The position numbers and the translations under genes were made by a program. Below are positions 47,263 through 57,084 of a stretch of 64,000 nucleotides of DNA, piece after piece; the stretch's first letter is position 1, and each line of letters starts with the position of its first letter. The DNA is taken from positions 328,549-392,548 of the forward strand of contig LCPF01000001.1 in NCBI GenBank assembly GCA_001003475.1, written 5' to 3'. The notes beneath the pieces are model-generated. The model made no database searches. It was not told where the DNA came from and saw only the letters and a list, made by a program, of their open reading frames with translations. Source of the DNA: Candidatus Jorgensenbacteria bacterium GW2011_GWA1_48_11 (GTDB lineage: Bacteria > Patescibacteriota > Minisyncoccia > UBA6257 > GWB1-50-10).

Positions 47263-47979
47263 ATGGCTCTGATCGAAGTCAGCCGTCTTGAAAAGATATA
47301 TGCCGACGACGGCGTCATGACGCCGGCGGTGCGGGGCGTGACTTTTGAAGTTCAAAAAGGGGAATTTGTGGCGATCATGGGTCCGTCGGGTTCCGGCAAA
47401 TCGACCCTGCTCCACGTCCTGGGTTTTCTGGACCGGCAGACCGCCGGTTCTTACCGTTTTAGCGGCAAAACCATCGATGATTATTCGTCCAAAGAATTGG
47501 CTCGAGTGCGCAACAAGGAAATGGGTTTTGTTTTCCAGACTTTCAATTTATTGGCGCGGATAAACGTTTTGGAAAACGTGAAACTGCCTTTGCTTTATTC
47601 GGGCATCAAAGAATCGTTGTGGGATCACATGGCTAAGGAAGCCATTGAAGCCGTCGGCCTTTCCCACCGGCTGGAACACGAATCAGCGAAGCTCTCGGGC
47701 GGCGAAAAGCAGCGGGTGGCGATCGCCCGAGCCCTGGTCCTGAATCCGCAGGTGATTTTCGCGGATGAGCCGACCGGCAACCTCGATTCCAAATCCGGCC
47801 AGGCGATCATGGAAACCCTCCAGCATTTGAACGAGGAGCACGGCCACACCGTGATCCTCATTACCCACGAGACTTACACGGCGGAACACGCCCAAAGGAT
47901 CATCCATATTTTGGACGGAAAAATAGACAGCGATGAAAAAGTCGACCGGCGCCGCAAAAGCAACGAATTTTCAAAATGA
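47263..47979 (+). CDS. ABC transporter ATP-binding protein (MacB/LolD-type)
   Basis: Walker [13 protein letters not shown] signature [15 protein letters not shown] and Walker B. Confidence 0.9.
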   Translation: MALIEVSRLEKIYADDGVMTPAVRGVTFEVQKGEFVAIMGPSGSGKSTLLHVLGFLDRQTAGSYRFSGKTIDDYSSKELARVRNKEMGFVFQTFNLLARINVLENVKLPLLYSGIKESLWDHMAKEAIEAVGLSHRLEHESAKLSGGEKQRVAIARALVLNPQVIFADEPTGNLDSKSGQAIMETLQHLNEEHGHTVILITHETYTAEHAQRIIHILDGKIDSDEKVDRRRKSNEFSK

Positions 47980-49217
47980 CGCTGAAATACAGTTTTAAAA
48001 CAGCCTTAAACGGCCTCAAAACCCACAAGTCGCGTTCGGTTTTGACGATTTTGGGCATCGTGATAGGCATCATGGCCATAATCCTCGTGATGTCTTTGGG
48101 CCAGGGCGCGCAAGACCTGATATTGGGCCAGATACAGGGCCAGGTCAGTTCGAGCGTCATCGAAATCGCTCCGGGCCGGCAGCCGAAAGGACCGACGGAT
48201 TTTCTATCCATGTTTTCCGACTCTTTGAAGCAAAAAGACCTTGAAGCGCTCATGAAAAAAAGCAACGTGCCCCACGCGGAAAAGATCATGCCCTTGGTTT
48301 TTGGCAGCGAGAGCGCCGTTTACGGCAGTGAGACTTACCAGGCGACGCTTTACGGAATGACCGACGCCGCCGGCACGATGTACAACGTTTATCCGGGCGA
48401 CGGCCGATTCATTACCGAAGAAGACGTGAAGAGCTATGCCGATGTCGTAGTCCTGGGTTCGAAGGTGAAAGAGGAGCTTTTCGGCAACGATAGCGCCGTC
48501 GGCCAGAAAATAAAGATAAAAGGAAGAAATTTCAATGTCGTCGGCATTCTGGCCAGCAAGGGGCAGGGGATGATCATTAGTTTTGACGATACGGTGATCG
48601 TCCCGTACACCACGGCCCAACGCTACATCTTGGGCATAAAGTATTTCAATCACATAATCATTCAGGCTGACTCCGACGCCAACGTTCCGGAGACCGTGAA
48701 CGACATAAAAATCACCTTGAGGAATTCCCATAACATTACCGATCCGGCCAAAGACGACTTTAACGTGAACAGCCAAGCCGATGCCTTGAAGATGGTCAGT
48801 ACGATTACCGATGCGCTCACGCTTTTTCTGGCGGCCATCGCCACGATTTCGCTTTTGGTTGGCGGCATCGGCATCATGAATATCATGCTTGTTTCGGTGA
48901 CCGAACGGACGCGGGAAATCGGTTTGCGCAAGGCCTTGGGAGCGACCGAAAGCGACGTTTTAACCCAATTTCTTTTGGAAGCCGTGATTTTAACGGCCAT
49001 CGGCGGCATTATCGGGATTTTCTTGGGCGCATCGCTTTCATTTTTGACTTCCTTGGTGCTGAGCAATGTTTTGGCCACGAATTGGGCTTTTACTTTTCCG
49101 GTCGGTGCGGCGATCCTGGGCTTGGGCGTGGCGGCTTTGGTCGGCTTGATCTTCGGCCTTTATCCGGCCCGCCAAGCCTCCCGCAAGAGTCCCATTGAGG
49201 CTTTAAGATATGAGTAA
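47976..49217 (+). CDS. ABC transporter permease (FtsX/MacB family)
   Basis: An N-terminal TM helix, a large periplasmic domain and three C-terminal TM helices. Overlaps the ATPase gene by 4 nt. Confidence 0.85.
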   Translation: MTLKYSFKTALNGLKTHKSRSVLTILGIVIGIMAIILVMSLGQGAQDLILGQIQGQVSSSVIEIAPGRQPKGPTDFLSMFSDSLKQKDLEALMKKSNVPHAEKIMPLVFGSESAVYGSETYQATLYGMTDAAGTMYNVYPGDGRFITEEDVKSYADVVVLGSKVKEELFGNDSAVGQKIKIKGRNFNVVGILASKGQGMIISFDDTVIVPYTTAQRYILGIKYFNHIIIQADSDANVPETVNDIKITLRNSHNITDPAKDDFNVNSQADALKMVSTITDALTLFLAAIATISLLVGGIGIMNIMLVSVTERTREIGLRKALGATESDVLTQFLLEAVILTAIGGIIGIFLGASLSFLTSLVLSNVLATNWAFTFPVGAAILGLGVAALVGLIFGLYPARQASRKSPIEALRYE

Positions 49218-49249
49218 AATTATTTTTCATGGAAGTCTGGTTCGACTTG

Positions 49250-49280
49250 CCCCGTACCAACGCGTAGCTTCGGTGCGGGG
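49250..49280. repeat. Short GC-clamped palindromic element (CCCCGTACC...GGTGCGGGG), a member of the family seen at the uvr locus
   Basis: The ends match the termini of the elements at 54981, 56990 and 60161. Confidence 0.4.
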
Positions 49281-49302
49281 TTGAAGCTTTGCGCTACGAA
49301 CA

Positions 49303-50106
49303 ATGCTTTACAAAAAAACAGCCATCGCCGCGTTTTCCCTTTTAGTCGTTCTGGCTTTGGCTTTGATATTGGTTTTTAATCTCCGGGAAAAAACCTCGGC
49401 CGAAGTGACGGTTTCCGTGACGCCGAACCAAATCATCGAGAGTCCGTTGGCCGTGAGCGGCGAGGCGCGGGGGTATTGGTTTTTCGAAGCGAGTTTTCCG
49501 GCCAAGGTTTTTGACGGCAACGGCCGCGAACTTGGGGTGGGCATCATGCAGGCTAAAAGTGACTGGATGACGGAAAATTTCGTGCCGTTTTCCGGCACGA
49601 TCGAGTTTCAGCCGCCGGTTACGGCGACCGGCAAGCTGGTTATCCAAAAAGACAATTCCTCAGGTCTCCCGGAAAACGACAAACAGATCGAAATCCCGAT
49701 CCGTTTCAATAAAACCGAATCGCAAACGATCCAGGCGTTTTTCAACAACAGCCGGCTTGATCCGGAATTTTCCTGCAACAGGGTTTTTAGCGTGACGAGA
49801 ACAATTCCGAAAACGCAAAGCGTGGGCCAAGCCGCCCTGAACGAGCTCTTGAACGGCCCGACCCAAGCCGAAAAAGACAATGGTTTTTTCACGAGTTTCA
49901 ACCCGGGCGTCCGGCTCCAGAGCCTGGTTATAACCGGCGGTTTGGCCAAGGCTGATTTCGATGAGGCTTTGGAGTGGGCCGTGGGCGGATCCTGCCGCGT
50001 TTCGGCTATCCGCGCCCAGATTACGGAAACCCTGAAACAGTTTCCGACCGTGCGCGACGTGATTATATCCATAAACGGTCGGACCGAGGATATTCTGCAG
50101 CCGTAA
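49303..50106 (+). CDS. GerMN-domain (plus Gmad2-like Ig) lipoprotein-like protein
   Basis: C-terminal GerMN signature (LNELLNGPTQAEKDNGFFTSF). An N-terminal TM/signal sequence. Confidence 0.6.
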   Translation: MLYKKTAIAAFSLLVVLALALILVFNLREKTSAEVTVSVTPNQIIESPLAVSGEARGYWFFEASFPAKVFDGNGRELGVGIMQAKSDWMTENFVPFSGTIEFQPPVTATGKLVIQKDNSSGLPENDKQIEIPIRFNKTESQTIQAFFNNSRLDPEFSCNRVFSVTRTIPKTQSVGQAALNELLNGPTQAEKDNGFFTSFNPGVRLQSLVITGGLAKADFDEALEWAVGGSCRVSAIRAQITETLKQFPTVRDVIISINGRTEDILQP

Positions 50107-50165
50107 CGGTCCCCAGGGAAACCCGGGATGTTGAAAGTTTGCCGCCGGAAAGTTAAAATTAACCA

Positions 50166-50654
50166 ATGATCGATTCAAATCCGCTCAAAACCTCGCCCAA
50201 GGATTTTTTCCTTCACCTCTTGAGCATCATCGCCCTTTATACGAGCGCGACGGCTTTTTTGGTTTTGATTTTCCAGTACGTGAACATTTGGTTCCCGGAC
50301 GTCCTTGAAGGGGGCGGTTACTACGCCCGCTTTGCCAATTACGGCCCGATTCGTTGGTCTTTGGCGACGCTTCTGGTTTTCTTTCCGATTTACCTTTTCG
50401 TCGGCCGGTTCTTGAATAAGAACTACGAATCTAATCCAGCCAAGAGAAATCTTCGCATCCGGAAGTGGCTTTTGTATTTCACGCTTTTTGCGGCGGCCCT
50501 GATCATCATCGGCGACCTCGTTGTCCTGATCAACAACTTTTTGGAAGGGGGATTGACCATTAGGTTCATCTTGAAGGTTCTGGCCGTGTTTTTCGTCGCC
50601 GGTTCGGTTTTTTACTACTATTTTTCCGATTTGAAAAAGCACGGTACGGAATGA
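50166..50654 (+). CDS. Hypothetical membrane protein (DUF5671-like)
   Basis: Four TM helices. Confidence 0.5.
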   Translation: MIDSNPLKTSPKDFFLHLLSIIALYTSATAFLVLIFQYVNIWFPDVLEGGGYYARFANYGPIRWSLATLLVFFPIYLFVGRFLNKNYESNPAKRNLRIRKWLLYFTLFAAALIIIGDLVVLINNFLEGGLTIRFILKVLAVFFVAGSVFYYYFSDLKKHGTE

Positions 50655-50660
50655 CATGAA

Positions 50661-50767
50661 TCCCGTTAGAAGCGGCCCCAATATCCAAAAAATACTTGCA
50701 AGATGATTCATCATAATTTAAACGGTCCAAACCAAATGCGGAATTTTGTTCCGTTTCTAACGGGATG
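50661..50767 (+). promoter_or_regulatory. Conserved ~110-nt intergenic element, copy 2, ending at the ATG of the downstream gene
   Basis: The 5' arm TCCCGTTAGAAGC pairs with the 3' arm GTTTCTAACGGGA. The internal block AAACGGTCCAAACCAAATGCGGAATTTTGTTCC is shared with copy 1. Confidence 0.5.
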
Positions 50768-51226
50768 AAATTCTTCGTTTATGCCGTTATTTTGATAGTT
50801 GCGGCGGCCGTCGTCGCCGGTTTTTTTATGGTCGGTTCGCCGCAGGAAGAAAGACTGAGGCGGTTCGACGACAAACGGGTGAGCGATCTGCAGTTCCTGC
50901 AGTCGGAAATAATAAGTTATTGGCAGAATAAGAACAAATTGCCGGACGATCTCGTTGCCCTGCGCGACGACATCCGCGGCATTTACCCGCCTAACGATCC
51001 CGAAAGCGGCGCCGCTTACGGTTACGAAGTCCGGGGGCCGCTTTCTTTTTCGCTCTGTGCGAATTTTGTTTTGCCCAGCCTTGACCGGAACGAACCGGCC
51101 GTCGCCGCTCCCTATGGCCCAACCTCCTATTACGCCAGCCAGAATTGGACCCATGATGCCGGCAGCGTTTGCTTCGAACGGACGATCGACAAGGATATTT
51201 ACGGTTTGAAGACGTTAAGGCAATGA
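50765..51226 (+). CDS. Hypothetical membrane-anchored protein (153 aa)
   Basis: An N-terminal TM helix. Unrelated in sequence to the protein downstream of copy 1. Confidence 0.5.
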   Translation: MKFFVYAVILIVAAAVVAGFFMVGSPQEERLRRFDDKRVSDLQFLQSEIISYWQNKNKLPDDLVALRDDIRGIYPPNDPESGAAYGYEVRGPLSFSLCANFVLPSLDRNEPAVAAPYGPTSYYASQNWTHDAGSVCFERTIDKDIYGLKTLRQ

Positions 51227-51978
51227 ACGGAAAAACGAACGGTCAGCGCACGAAAAATCTCTTTAATCCCTCCTCTGACGAACCATTCAAACTGAGCCGT
51301 TCCAAGCTGGAGCTTTTTACCGAATGCCCGCGCTGTTTTTACCTGGACCGCCGACTGGGCGTGGGCCGGCCTCAGGGCCCGGGTTTCACTTTGAATGCGG
51401 CCGTTGACCATCTTTTAAAGAAAGAATTTGACGTTCATCGCGCCGCCGGCTCCGCCCACCCCTTGATGGAAGCTTACGGCATCGACGCCGTGCCATTCCA
51501 GCACGAGATGCTGGCTGAGTGGCGGGAAAATTTTAAAGGCGTCCAATATTTGGACCGCGACAACAATCTGATTATTACCGGGGCGATTGACGACGTTTGG
51601 ATCAATCCCAAAAAAGAACTGATGGTCGTTGATTATAAGGCGACGAGCATTCAAGGCGAGATTACCCTTGAGACCGAATATCGCCAGTCTTACAAGCGGC
51701 AAATGGAGATCTATCAGTGGCTCTTGCGCCGCAACGGTTTTAAGGTTTCGGATACGGGTTATTTTGTTTATGCGAACGGCCGGAAAGACAAGGAGGCTTT
51801 CGATGCTAACCTTGAATTCAGGGTTCAGATCATTCCTTATAAGGGCGATGATAAATGGGTGCCGGTGACGATTTTGGCCGCCAAAAAATGCTTGTTGGGC
51901 GACTTGCCGCCGCCGGGCGCGCGTTGCGAGTACTGCTTTTACCGTTCGGCCGCCGAAAAATACGAAAATCAGTTATAA
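51223..51978 (+). CDS. PD-(D/E)xK nuclease superfamily protein (Cas4/RecB-like, Cys-containing)
   Basis: Catalytic motifs D...IDDVW...VVDYK, N-terminal ECPRC and C-terminal CEYC cysteines. Confidence 0.6.
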   Translation: MNGKTNGQRTKNLFNPSSDEPFKLSRSKLELFTECPRCFYLDRRLGVGRPQGPGFTLNAAVDHLLKKEFDVHRAAGSAHPLMEAYGIDAVPFQHEMLAEWRENFKGVQYLDRDNNLIITGAIDDVWINPKKELMVVDYKATSIQGEITLETEYRQSYKRQMEIYQWLLRRNGFKVSDTGYFVYANGRKDKEAFDANLEFRVQIIPYKGDDKWVPVTILAAKKCLLGDLPPPGARCEYCFYRSAAEKYENQL

Positions 51979-51986
51979 TCAAAAAA

Positions 51987-52289
51987 ATGGCCATCATTTC
52001 CAAGGTTCATCGCGGTCTGCTCGGTCTTTTGGAGAAAGTCTTGATTTTCGTGGAAGTCATTTTGGCCTTGCGGTTGGTCTTGAAGTTTTTGACGGCCAAT
52101 CCCGATGCCTGGATCGTGAATCTCCTTTATCAAACGACGCAAATTTTGATCTGGCCGTTTAATTTCATTTTTCCGAACGCTTATTTGGGCCGGCATCTTT
52201 TTGACGTCGTCGCTCTTTCAGCCATGATCGGTTACCTGATACTTTTTTTCCTCGCGCAGTGGTTCTTAAGACTGATCTGGAAAGAATGA
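51987..52289 (+). CDS. YggT-like small membrane protein
   Basis: About 100 aa and two TM helices, YggT-family-like. Confidence 0.45.
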   Translation: MAIISKVHRGLLGLLEKVLIFVEVILALRLVLKFLTANPDAWIVNLLYQTTQILIWPFNFIFPNAYLGRHLFDVVALSAMIGYLILFFLAQWFLRLIWKE

Positions 52290-52298
52290 TTCAAACCG

Positions 52299-52640
52299 AT
52301 GATCTCTCTGGAAGATTTTAAAAAGCTGGATTTGCGGGTGGCCCGGATTCTTGCGGCGGAAAAAGTAGAGGGAGCCGATAAGCTCCTGAAATTGCAATTG
52401 GATTTGGGCGACCCTGCGACGGGCTCGGGGCTGGGTCAAAAACAGATCGTTTCCGGCATCGCCGGATCTTACGCGCCCGATGATTTAATCGGACGGGAAA
52501 TCATCGTGATTGCCAATTTGGAGCCTCGCGTCCTGCGGGGCGTGGAAAGCCAAGGCATGCTCTTGGCTGCAAGCGACAACGGCCAAATAATATTGCTTCA
52601 GCCCGACAGGGAAGCGGCGCCCGGCAGCAAAGTCAGTTAA
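52299..52640 (+). CDS. tRNA-binding domain protein (CsaA/Trbp111-like OB fold)
   Basis: DLRVARI...VESQGMLLAAS signature of the MetG-C/EMAP tRNA-binding domain. Confidence 0.8.
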   Translation: MISLEDFKKLDLRVARILAAEKVEGADKLLKLQLDLGDPATGSGLGQKQIVSGIAGSYAPDDLIGREIIVIANLEPRVLRGVESQGMLLAASDNGQIILLQPDREAAPGSKVS

Positions 52641-52973
52641 TTAACTTTGTATCATTTTCTCGCTAGATCTCCAAGGCAAATAAATAATATTCGTGCCGCT
52701 GGATTTTCCGGCTAAATCTTGTGTCATCGGAAAATCATCGCCTCACTCATTTATTTATTATTGCCTTTCCGGCATTCGTTCGAAAACAATACGAAGTTAA
52801 TTTTAGTTGAGAGTTATAAAGAAGGCTTCTTCGGAAAGAAAAAGGTTTTTCGGACGTATGAAAAACCGGGTCTTGGAAATTATTGGAAGAGAGGTTTGAC
52901 TTTTCGGCTTTAGAAAACTAGATTGGAGTAAAGGTTCTCCGGAGGCAAGACTTCCGGAGGTTTTGGATTTTAA

Positions 52974-54980
52974 TTGCAGATGGATAAATTTAAACTGATT
53001 TCAAAAAATAAGCCCGCTGGGGATCAACCCAGGGCAATAAAAGAGCTGGTTAACGGCCTCTCGAAAGGTTTGAATCGTCAAACGCTTTTGGGCGTGACCG
53101 GTTCGGGCAAGACCTTTACTGTGGCGAACGTGATTGCCGAAACCAATCGGCCGACATTGGTTATTGCTCATAACAAAACCCTGGCGGCCCAGCTTACGAA
53201 CGAATTCCGAGAGCTTTTTCCCCAAAATTCCGTGAATTATTTCGTTTCTTACTATGATTATTACCAGCCCGAGGCTTACATTCCCACGACCGACACTTAT
53301 ATCGGCAAGGAAGCGATGATCAACGATGAGATTGACAAGCTGCGGCATGCGGCGACAACGGCCCTGCTCACGCGGCGGGACGTAATCGTGGTGGCCTCGG
53401 TTTCCTGCATTTACGGCTTGGGCGCGCCCGAGGTTTACGCCGAAAACATCTTTCATTTCAAGATTGGTGACAGGATTAAACGGGCGGAATTCGCCAAAAA
53501 ACTGATTGAACTGCAGTTCAGCCGGACCAACGCCGATCTCACGCGCGGCACCTTCCGTCTGCGGGGCGATAACTGGGAGATCATGCCGCCGGACAGGGAA
53601 TTGATTTACAATTTCGAGCTCAAGGACGATACGATTCGGAAGATCTACGAGATCGATCCGGTTTTGGGCTTCGTTCCGGAAAAGACGAAAACCTTGCCTA
53701 AGCTTTACATTTCGCCGGCCAAACATTTCATTACTCTCACGCCGGAGCGGGAACGGGCTATCAAGGCTATTAGGGAGGAATTGAAAGAGCGGCTGAAATA
53801 TTTCGAGAAGAACGGCAAATTATTGGAAGCCGAAAGGCTGGAGCGCCGGACAAAATTCGACCTGGCTATGATCAAGGAGGTCGGCTACTGCCACGGTATC
53901 GAGAATTATTCCCGCCCCTTGTCGGGCCGGGCGCCCGGCGCGCCGCCGGACACGCTTCTGGATTATTTCCCCGATGGTTTTTTGACGGTGATCGACGAAT
54001 CACACGTTTCAGTGCCCCAGATCCGGGGAATGTATGAGGGGGACGCTTCGCGCAAGAAGACGCTTATCGAATACGGTTTCCGGCTGCCTTCGGCCGCCGA
54101 TAACCGGCCTTTGCGCTTCGCTGAATTCGAGAAAAGAATCGGCCAGACCGTTTTCACCTCGGCCACGCCCGGCCCTTATGAAAGAAAAACGAGCGCGAAA
54201 GTGGTGGAGCAGATCATTCGGCCGACCGGCCTCATTGACCCCGAAATCGTGATGAAGCCGGTGAAGGGCCAGGTGCCGGATTTGATCGCGAGAATAAAAG
54301 AAAGAGCCGACAAAAAGGAAAGGGTGCTCGTGACGACCCTGACCAAGCGGATGGCCGAGGATTTATCGGCTTATCTCGAGGATTTGAAAATCAAGGTTAC
54401 TTATTTGCACAGCGACGTGAAGACTTTGGATCGGATCAGGATTTTGACCAGTTTGCGGAAAGGGGATTTTGACGTTTTGGTCGGCGTGAATTTGTTGCGG
54501 GAAGGCTTGGACTTGCCCGAGGTGTCCCTGGTGGCGATTCTGGATGCGGATAAGGAGGGGTTTTTGCGAAGCGAGACTTCCTTGATCCAAACGATCGGCC
54601 GGGCGGCCCGGAATGTTCGCGGCCAGGTTCTGATCTACGCCGACCATATCACCGGCTCGATCGAGCGGGCAGTCGGTGAGACCGAACGCCGGCGAAAAAT
54701 CCAGCTTGCCTACAATAAAAGGCACCGGATCACGCCCAAGACCATTATTCGGGCGATTACCGATATTTTGCCGACCGAGGAGATTTTGAAATTGGAAATG
54801 AAACCGATTCCGAAATCCAAGAAGGCTCTAGAGCAAACAATAAAAGACAAAGAAAGGGAGATGAGAAATGCTGCAAAACGTTTGGATTTTGAGTTAGCTA
54901 CTATATTGAGAGATGAAATTAGGGCTTTGTCTAAAAATTTGAGTCCAGCTGGACGAAAAATTTTTAGTAACAAAATCTAA
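52974..54980 (+). CDS. uvrB: Excinuclease ABC subunit B. The probable true start is 52980 (MDKFKLIS). The last ~37 codons are AT-rich relative to the gene body.
   Basis: Helicase motifs ([10 protein letters not shown]), beta-hairpin and a C-terminal UVR domain. Confidence 0.9.
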   Translation: MQMDKFKLISKNKPAGDQPRAIKELVNGLSKGLNRQTLLGVTGSGKTFTVANVIAETNRPTLVIAHNKTLAAQLTNEFRELFPQNSVNYFVSYYDYYQPEAYIPTTDTYIGKEAMINDEIDKLRHAATTALLTRRDVIVVASVSCIYGLGAPEVYAENIFHFKIGDRIKRAEFAKKLIELQFSRTNADLTRGTFRLRGDNWEIMPPDRELIYNFELKDDTIRKIYEIDPVLGFVPEKTKTLPKLYISPAKHFITLTPERERAIKAIREELKERLKYFEKNGKLLEAERLERRTKFDLAMIKEVGYCHGIENYSRPLSGRAPGAPPDTLLDYFPDGFLTVIDESHVSVPQIRGMYEGDASRKKTLIEYGFRLPSAADNRPLRFAEFEKRIGQTVFTSATPGPYERKTSAKVVEQIIRPTGLIDPEIVMKPVKGQVPDLIARIKERADKKERVLVTTLTKRMAEDLSAYLEDLKIKVTYLHSDVKTLDRIRILTSLRKGDFDVLVGVNLLREGLDLPEVSLVAILDADKEGFLRSETSLIQTIGRAARNVRGQVLIYADHITGSIERAVGETERRRKIQLAYNKRHRITPKTIIRAITDILPTEEILKLEMKPIPKSKKALEQTIKDKEREMRNAAKRLDFELATILRDEIRALSKNLSPAGRKIFSNKI

Positions 54981-55058
54981 CCCCGTCACTAAAAGAGCAT
55001 TATTAAAAATCGCTCCGAGCGGAAGCTCGCAGAGCACAATGCTCTTTTTGGTGCGGGG
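54981..55058. repeat. GC-clamped palindromic element, copy 1
   Basis: Arms CCCCGTCACTAAAAGAGCATT ... AATGCTCTTTTTGGTGCGGGG. They are exact reverse complements of the arms of the copy at 56990-57066. Confidence 0.6.
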
Positions 55059-55060
55059 TG

Positions 55061-55144
55061 CGGGAAGCGGCTAAGCGGCTGGATTTCGAACTGGCGGCGA
55101 TTTTGCGGGATGAGCTTAAGGAATTAAGCAGGAAAATAAAATAA
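55061..55144 (+). pseudogene. Displaced duplicate of the uvrB 3' end (27 codons plus stop) with its own terminator
   Basis: Translates to [27 protein letters not shown]. It matches the current UvrB C-terminus ([22 protein letters not shown]) but uses GC-richer codons. The terminator at 55148-55180 follows. Confidence 0.6.
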
Positions 55145-55147
55145 AAC

Positions 55148-55180
55148 TCCGCCGCTCAAGAGAGCGGCGGTGAGACGTTT
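55148..55180. terminator. Terminator hairpin CCGCCGCTC-AAGA-GAGCGGCGG, bidirectional between the uvrB remnant and a minus-strand gene
   Basis: A 9-bp perfect stem. Confidence 0.55.
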
Positions 55181-55189
55181 GCGGCGGCG

Positions 55190-55558
55190 TTAGGCATTGC
55201 AGTAGCGGGTATACCAGGCCCGAGCCGCCTTTTCGATGATCTCGCGATCGGCCCGCTCTTCGAGAAGCTGGTGGGCGGCAAGAGGAGAAAAGGAAAGGTC
55301 AAGCGTCCGGAAGTGCGGCGACCGCCAGGCGCAGAAGCCGAGCGCTTGCGCCTGGGAGAGGGTAGTGTGAAATTCCTTGTAGCGTCCGGTGACGGGGTCG
55401 CGGTAGAAGAAAGCTAATTCGTCGCGCAGAATTTCGAGGGCGGCCGGGAGCGCTTTTTCCAGTTTGTCCCCGTCAAGGCCCATTCTCCCGCTGAGTTTCG
55501 CCATTGCGGCCAGGAGAGCGAGCACGATGTCGACATTCTGCTGTTCTGGAGTCGGCAT
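55190..55558 (-). CDS. Hypothetical protein (122 aa), GC-rich cargo gene
   Basis: Ends at the bidirectional terminator. No motif recognised. Confidence 0.5.
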   Translation of the reverse strand: MPTPEQQNVDIVLALLAAMAKLSGRMGLDGDKLEKALPAALEILRDELAFFYRDPVTGRYKEFHTTLSQAQALGFCAWRSPHFRTLDLSFSPLAAHQLLEERADREIIEKAARAWYTRYCNA

Positions 55559-55716
55559 TCTGACCTCACGGAAGAACGTGGGAACGTCAAGATGGCTGAT
55601 TTCATTATTCGATTTTTTTCAAAAAAGACAAGCTTTTAAAAGCGAAAATCTCCCGGCAGAGGGCCTGCCGGGAGATTCGGATGCGGTGGGAAATTCGTTT
55701 AAGCGGCGGTCCGGTT

Positions 55717-56649
55717 CTAAACCATTTCCGGCTTGAAGCCGGTGGCCCAGCCGGATTGCCCGGAGCCGCCGCCGAAAAGGCAGAGCTCGAGCGAAAGCGT
55801 CTTCTCGCGCTTGAGGTAGCTGAAGCAGACGGTGCGTCTCGGTCCGTTTCCGTCCGTGACGATCTGGTTGCCGCCGCAGCCGACCGTGAGATTCCGGCCG
55901 TTCACGAGCCGTTCGGGGTGGGTGAGGAGCGTGGCGGTGACGCACACCAAGTCCAGGTGAAACTCGTTCTCCATGAACCTGGCGATGCTGCCCTTGGCCG
56001 AGTCGCCGCCGTGCTGACGGCCGAATTGGCCGTCGATGACGAGGATCGGGTTGCCTTCCTGATCGTCGGCGACGGCATCCAGGGCTTCGGCGGTTTCGGG
56101 CGCGATGAAGATCTGGTCCGGCGTGATCGTCATGTCCGGATCGATCTCGAGTCCCCGCTTCTTGCCGAGAATTTCGACCAGGTGCCGGACGACGGCGCAG
56201 TAGCGGCTCCGCGGGTCGCGGAATCGGTTGAAGAAGGTGCCGCTGAGGTGTTGATGCCAGGGGACGGCGAACTTGCCTTCGGCGCCGATCGAAACGTCTG
56301 CCGCGAGCCTGTTCTCGATGAAGGCGAGGGTGCCCTCGACCGGGAGGTCGAGAAGCTGGCCGAGTTGGATCGCCTGCTCGGCGATGTCCCGCAGGCGGTA
56401 GCTCGCGGGGTAGGCGTTGGGGACCATCTGCTGGATCGCGTCGAATGGTCTCGATACGCCGAGGTTCGCGATCTCCCTTCTCACGATGGCGGCGAGTGCG
56501 GGGAAGTGCTTGAGGACGTTTCGGATCTGGCTGTCGTGGCCAGCCAGATCCTTCTCGGCTTGCCGGCCGAGGCCCTCCATGAGCTCGCTCAGGGTTGCTT
56601 CGGTCGCGATGCCTTCGAGGGTGGGGGCTAGCGTGGCGGTCATTATCAC
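55717..56649 (-). CDS. Hypothetical protein (310 aa), GC-rich cargo gene
   Basis: The minus-frame composition is diverse. The plus-strand ORF 55681-56631 is Ala/Gly/Asp/Arg-rich and is rejected as antisense. Confidence 0.5.
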   Translation of the reverse strand: MIMTATLAPTLEGIATEATLSELMEGLGRQAEKDLAGHDSQIRNVLKHFPALAAIVRREIANLGVSRPFDAIQQMVPNAYPASYRLRDIAEQAIQLGQLLDLPVEGTLAFIENRLAADVSIGAEGKFAVPWHQHLSGTFFNRFRDPRSRYCAVVRHLVEILGKKRGLEIDPDMTITPDQIFIAPETAEALDAVADDQEGNPILVIDGQFGRQHGGDSAKGSIARFMENEFHLDLVCVTATLLTHPERLVNGRNLTVGCGGNQIVTDGNGPRRTVCFSYLKREKTLSLELCLFGGGSGQSGWATGFKPEMV

Positions 56650-56950
56650 CAGTCCTTTATATGGGTGGTTGGGCGGACGACTGCCGTTAGAATTCCCTTT
56701 TACCTTATTGTCAAATCAAAGAGCGGTAATATTATATTTCTAATTCACGTTTTTGTCAAATCAATTTCTCTTTTTTGCTTTGACTTTCCCGGTTTCGAAC
56801 CTTAAACTGGTGATACTACCCCCCGTGACCTTAAGAAGGGGGACGGTTTCTTGTTTAGTCGTCCGCCTTCTCTAAAAGCTTCGGCGGGATGCTCATAATT
56901 GTAGTGAAATTTTCTTCGCTATAAACTATGAGCTAGAAAATTTCAACAAT

Positions 56951-56992
56951 TATGGCACAGGATAAAATAATCATTAAAGGCGCCCGCGAGCA
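56951..56992 (+). pseudogene. Displaced duplicate of the uvrA 5' end (ATG plus 13 codons)
   Basis: Translates to [14 protein letters not shown], against the current uvrA start [13 protein letters not shown]. It is GC-rich in codon use and abuts element copy 2. Confidence 0.55.
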
Positions 56993-57066
56993 CCCCGCAC
57001 CAAAAAGAGCATTGCTTGCTTCGGCTACCGCCGGCAAGCCTTTGAAAATGCTCTTTTAGTGACGGG
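56990..57066. repeat. GC-clamped palindromic element, copy 2 (inverted relative to copy 1)
   Basis: Arms CACCCCGCACCAAAAAGAGCATT ... AATGCTCTTTTAGTGACGGGG. Confidence 0.6.
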
Positions 57067-57084
57067 GCAGGCAATCTTAAACAT

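Noticed and set aside
55681-56631. 316-aa plus-strand ORF opposite the 310-aa cargo gene
   Set aside because: Ala/Gly/Asp/Arg/Val-dominated with no aromatic or Lys content. The minus frame has protein-like diversity. Strand choice remains moderately uncertain.
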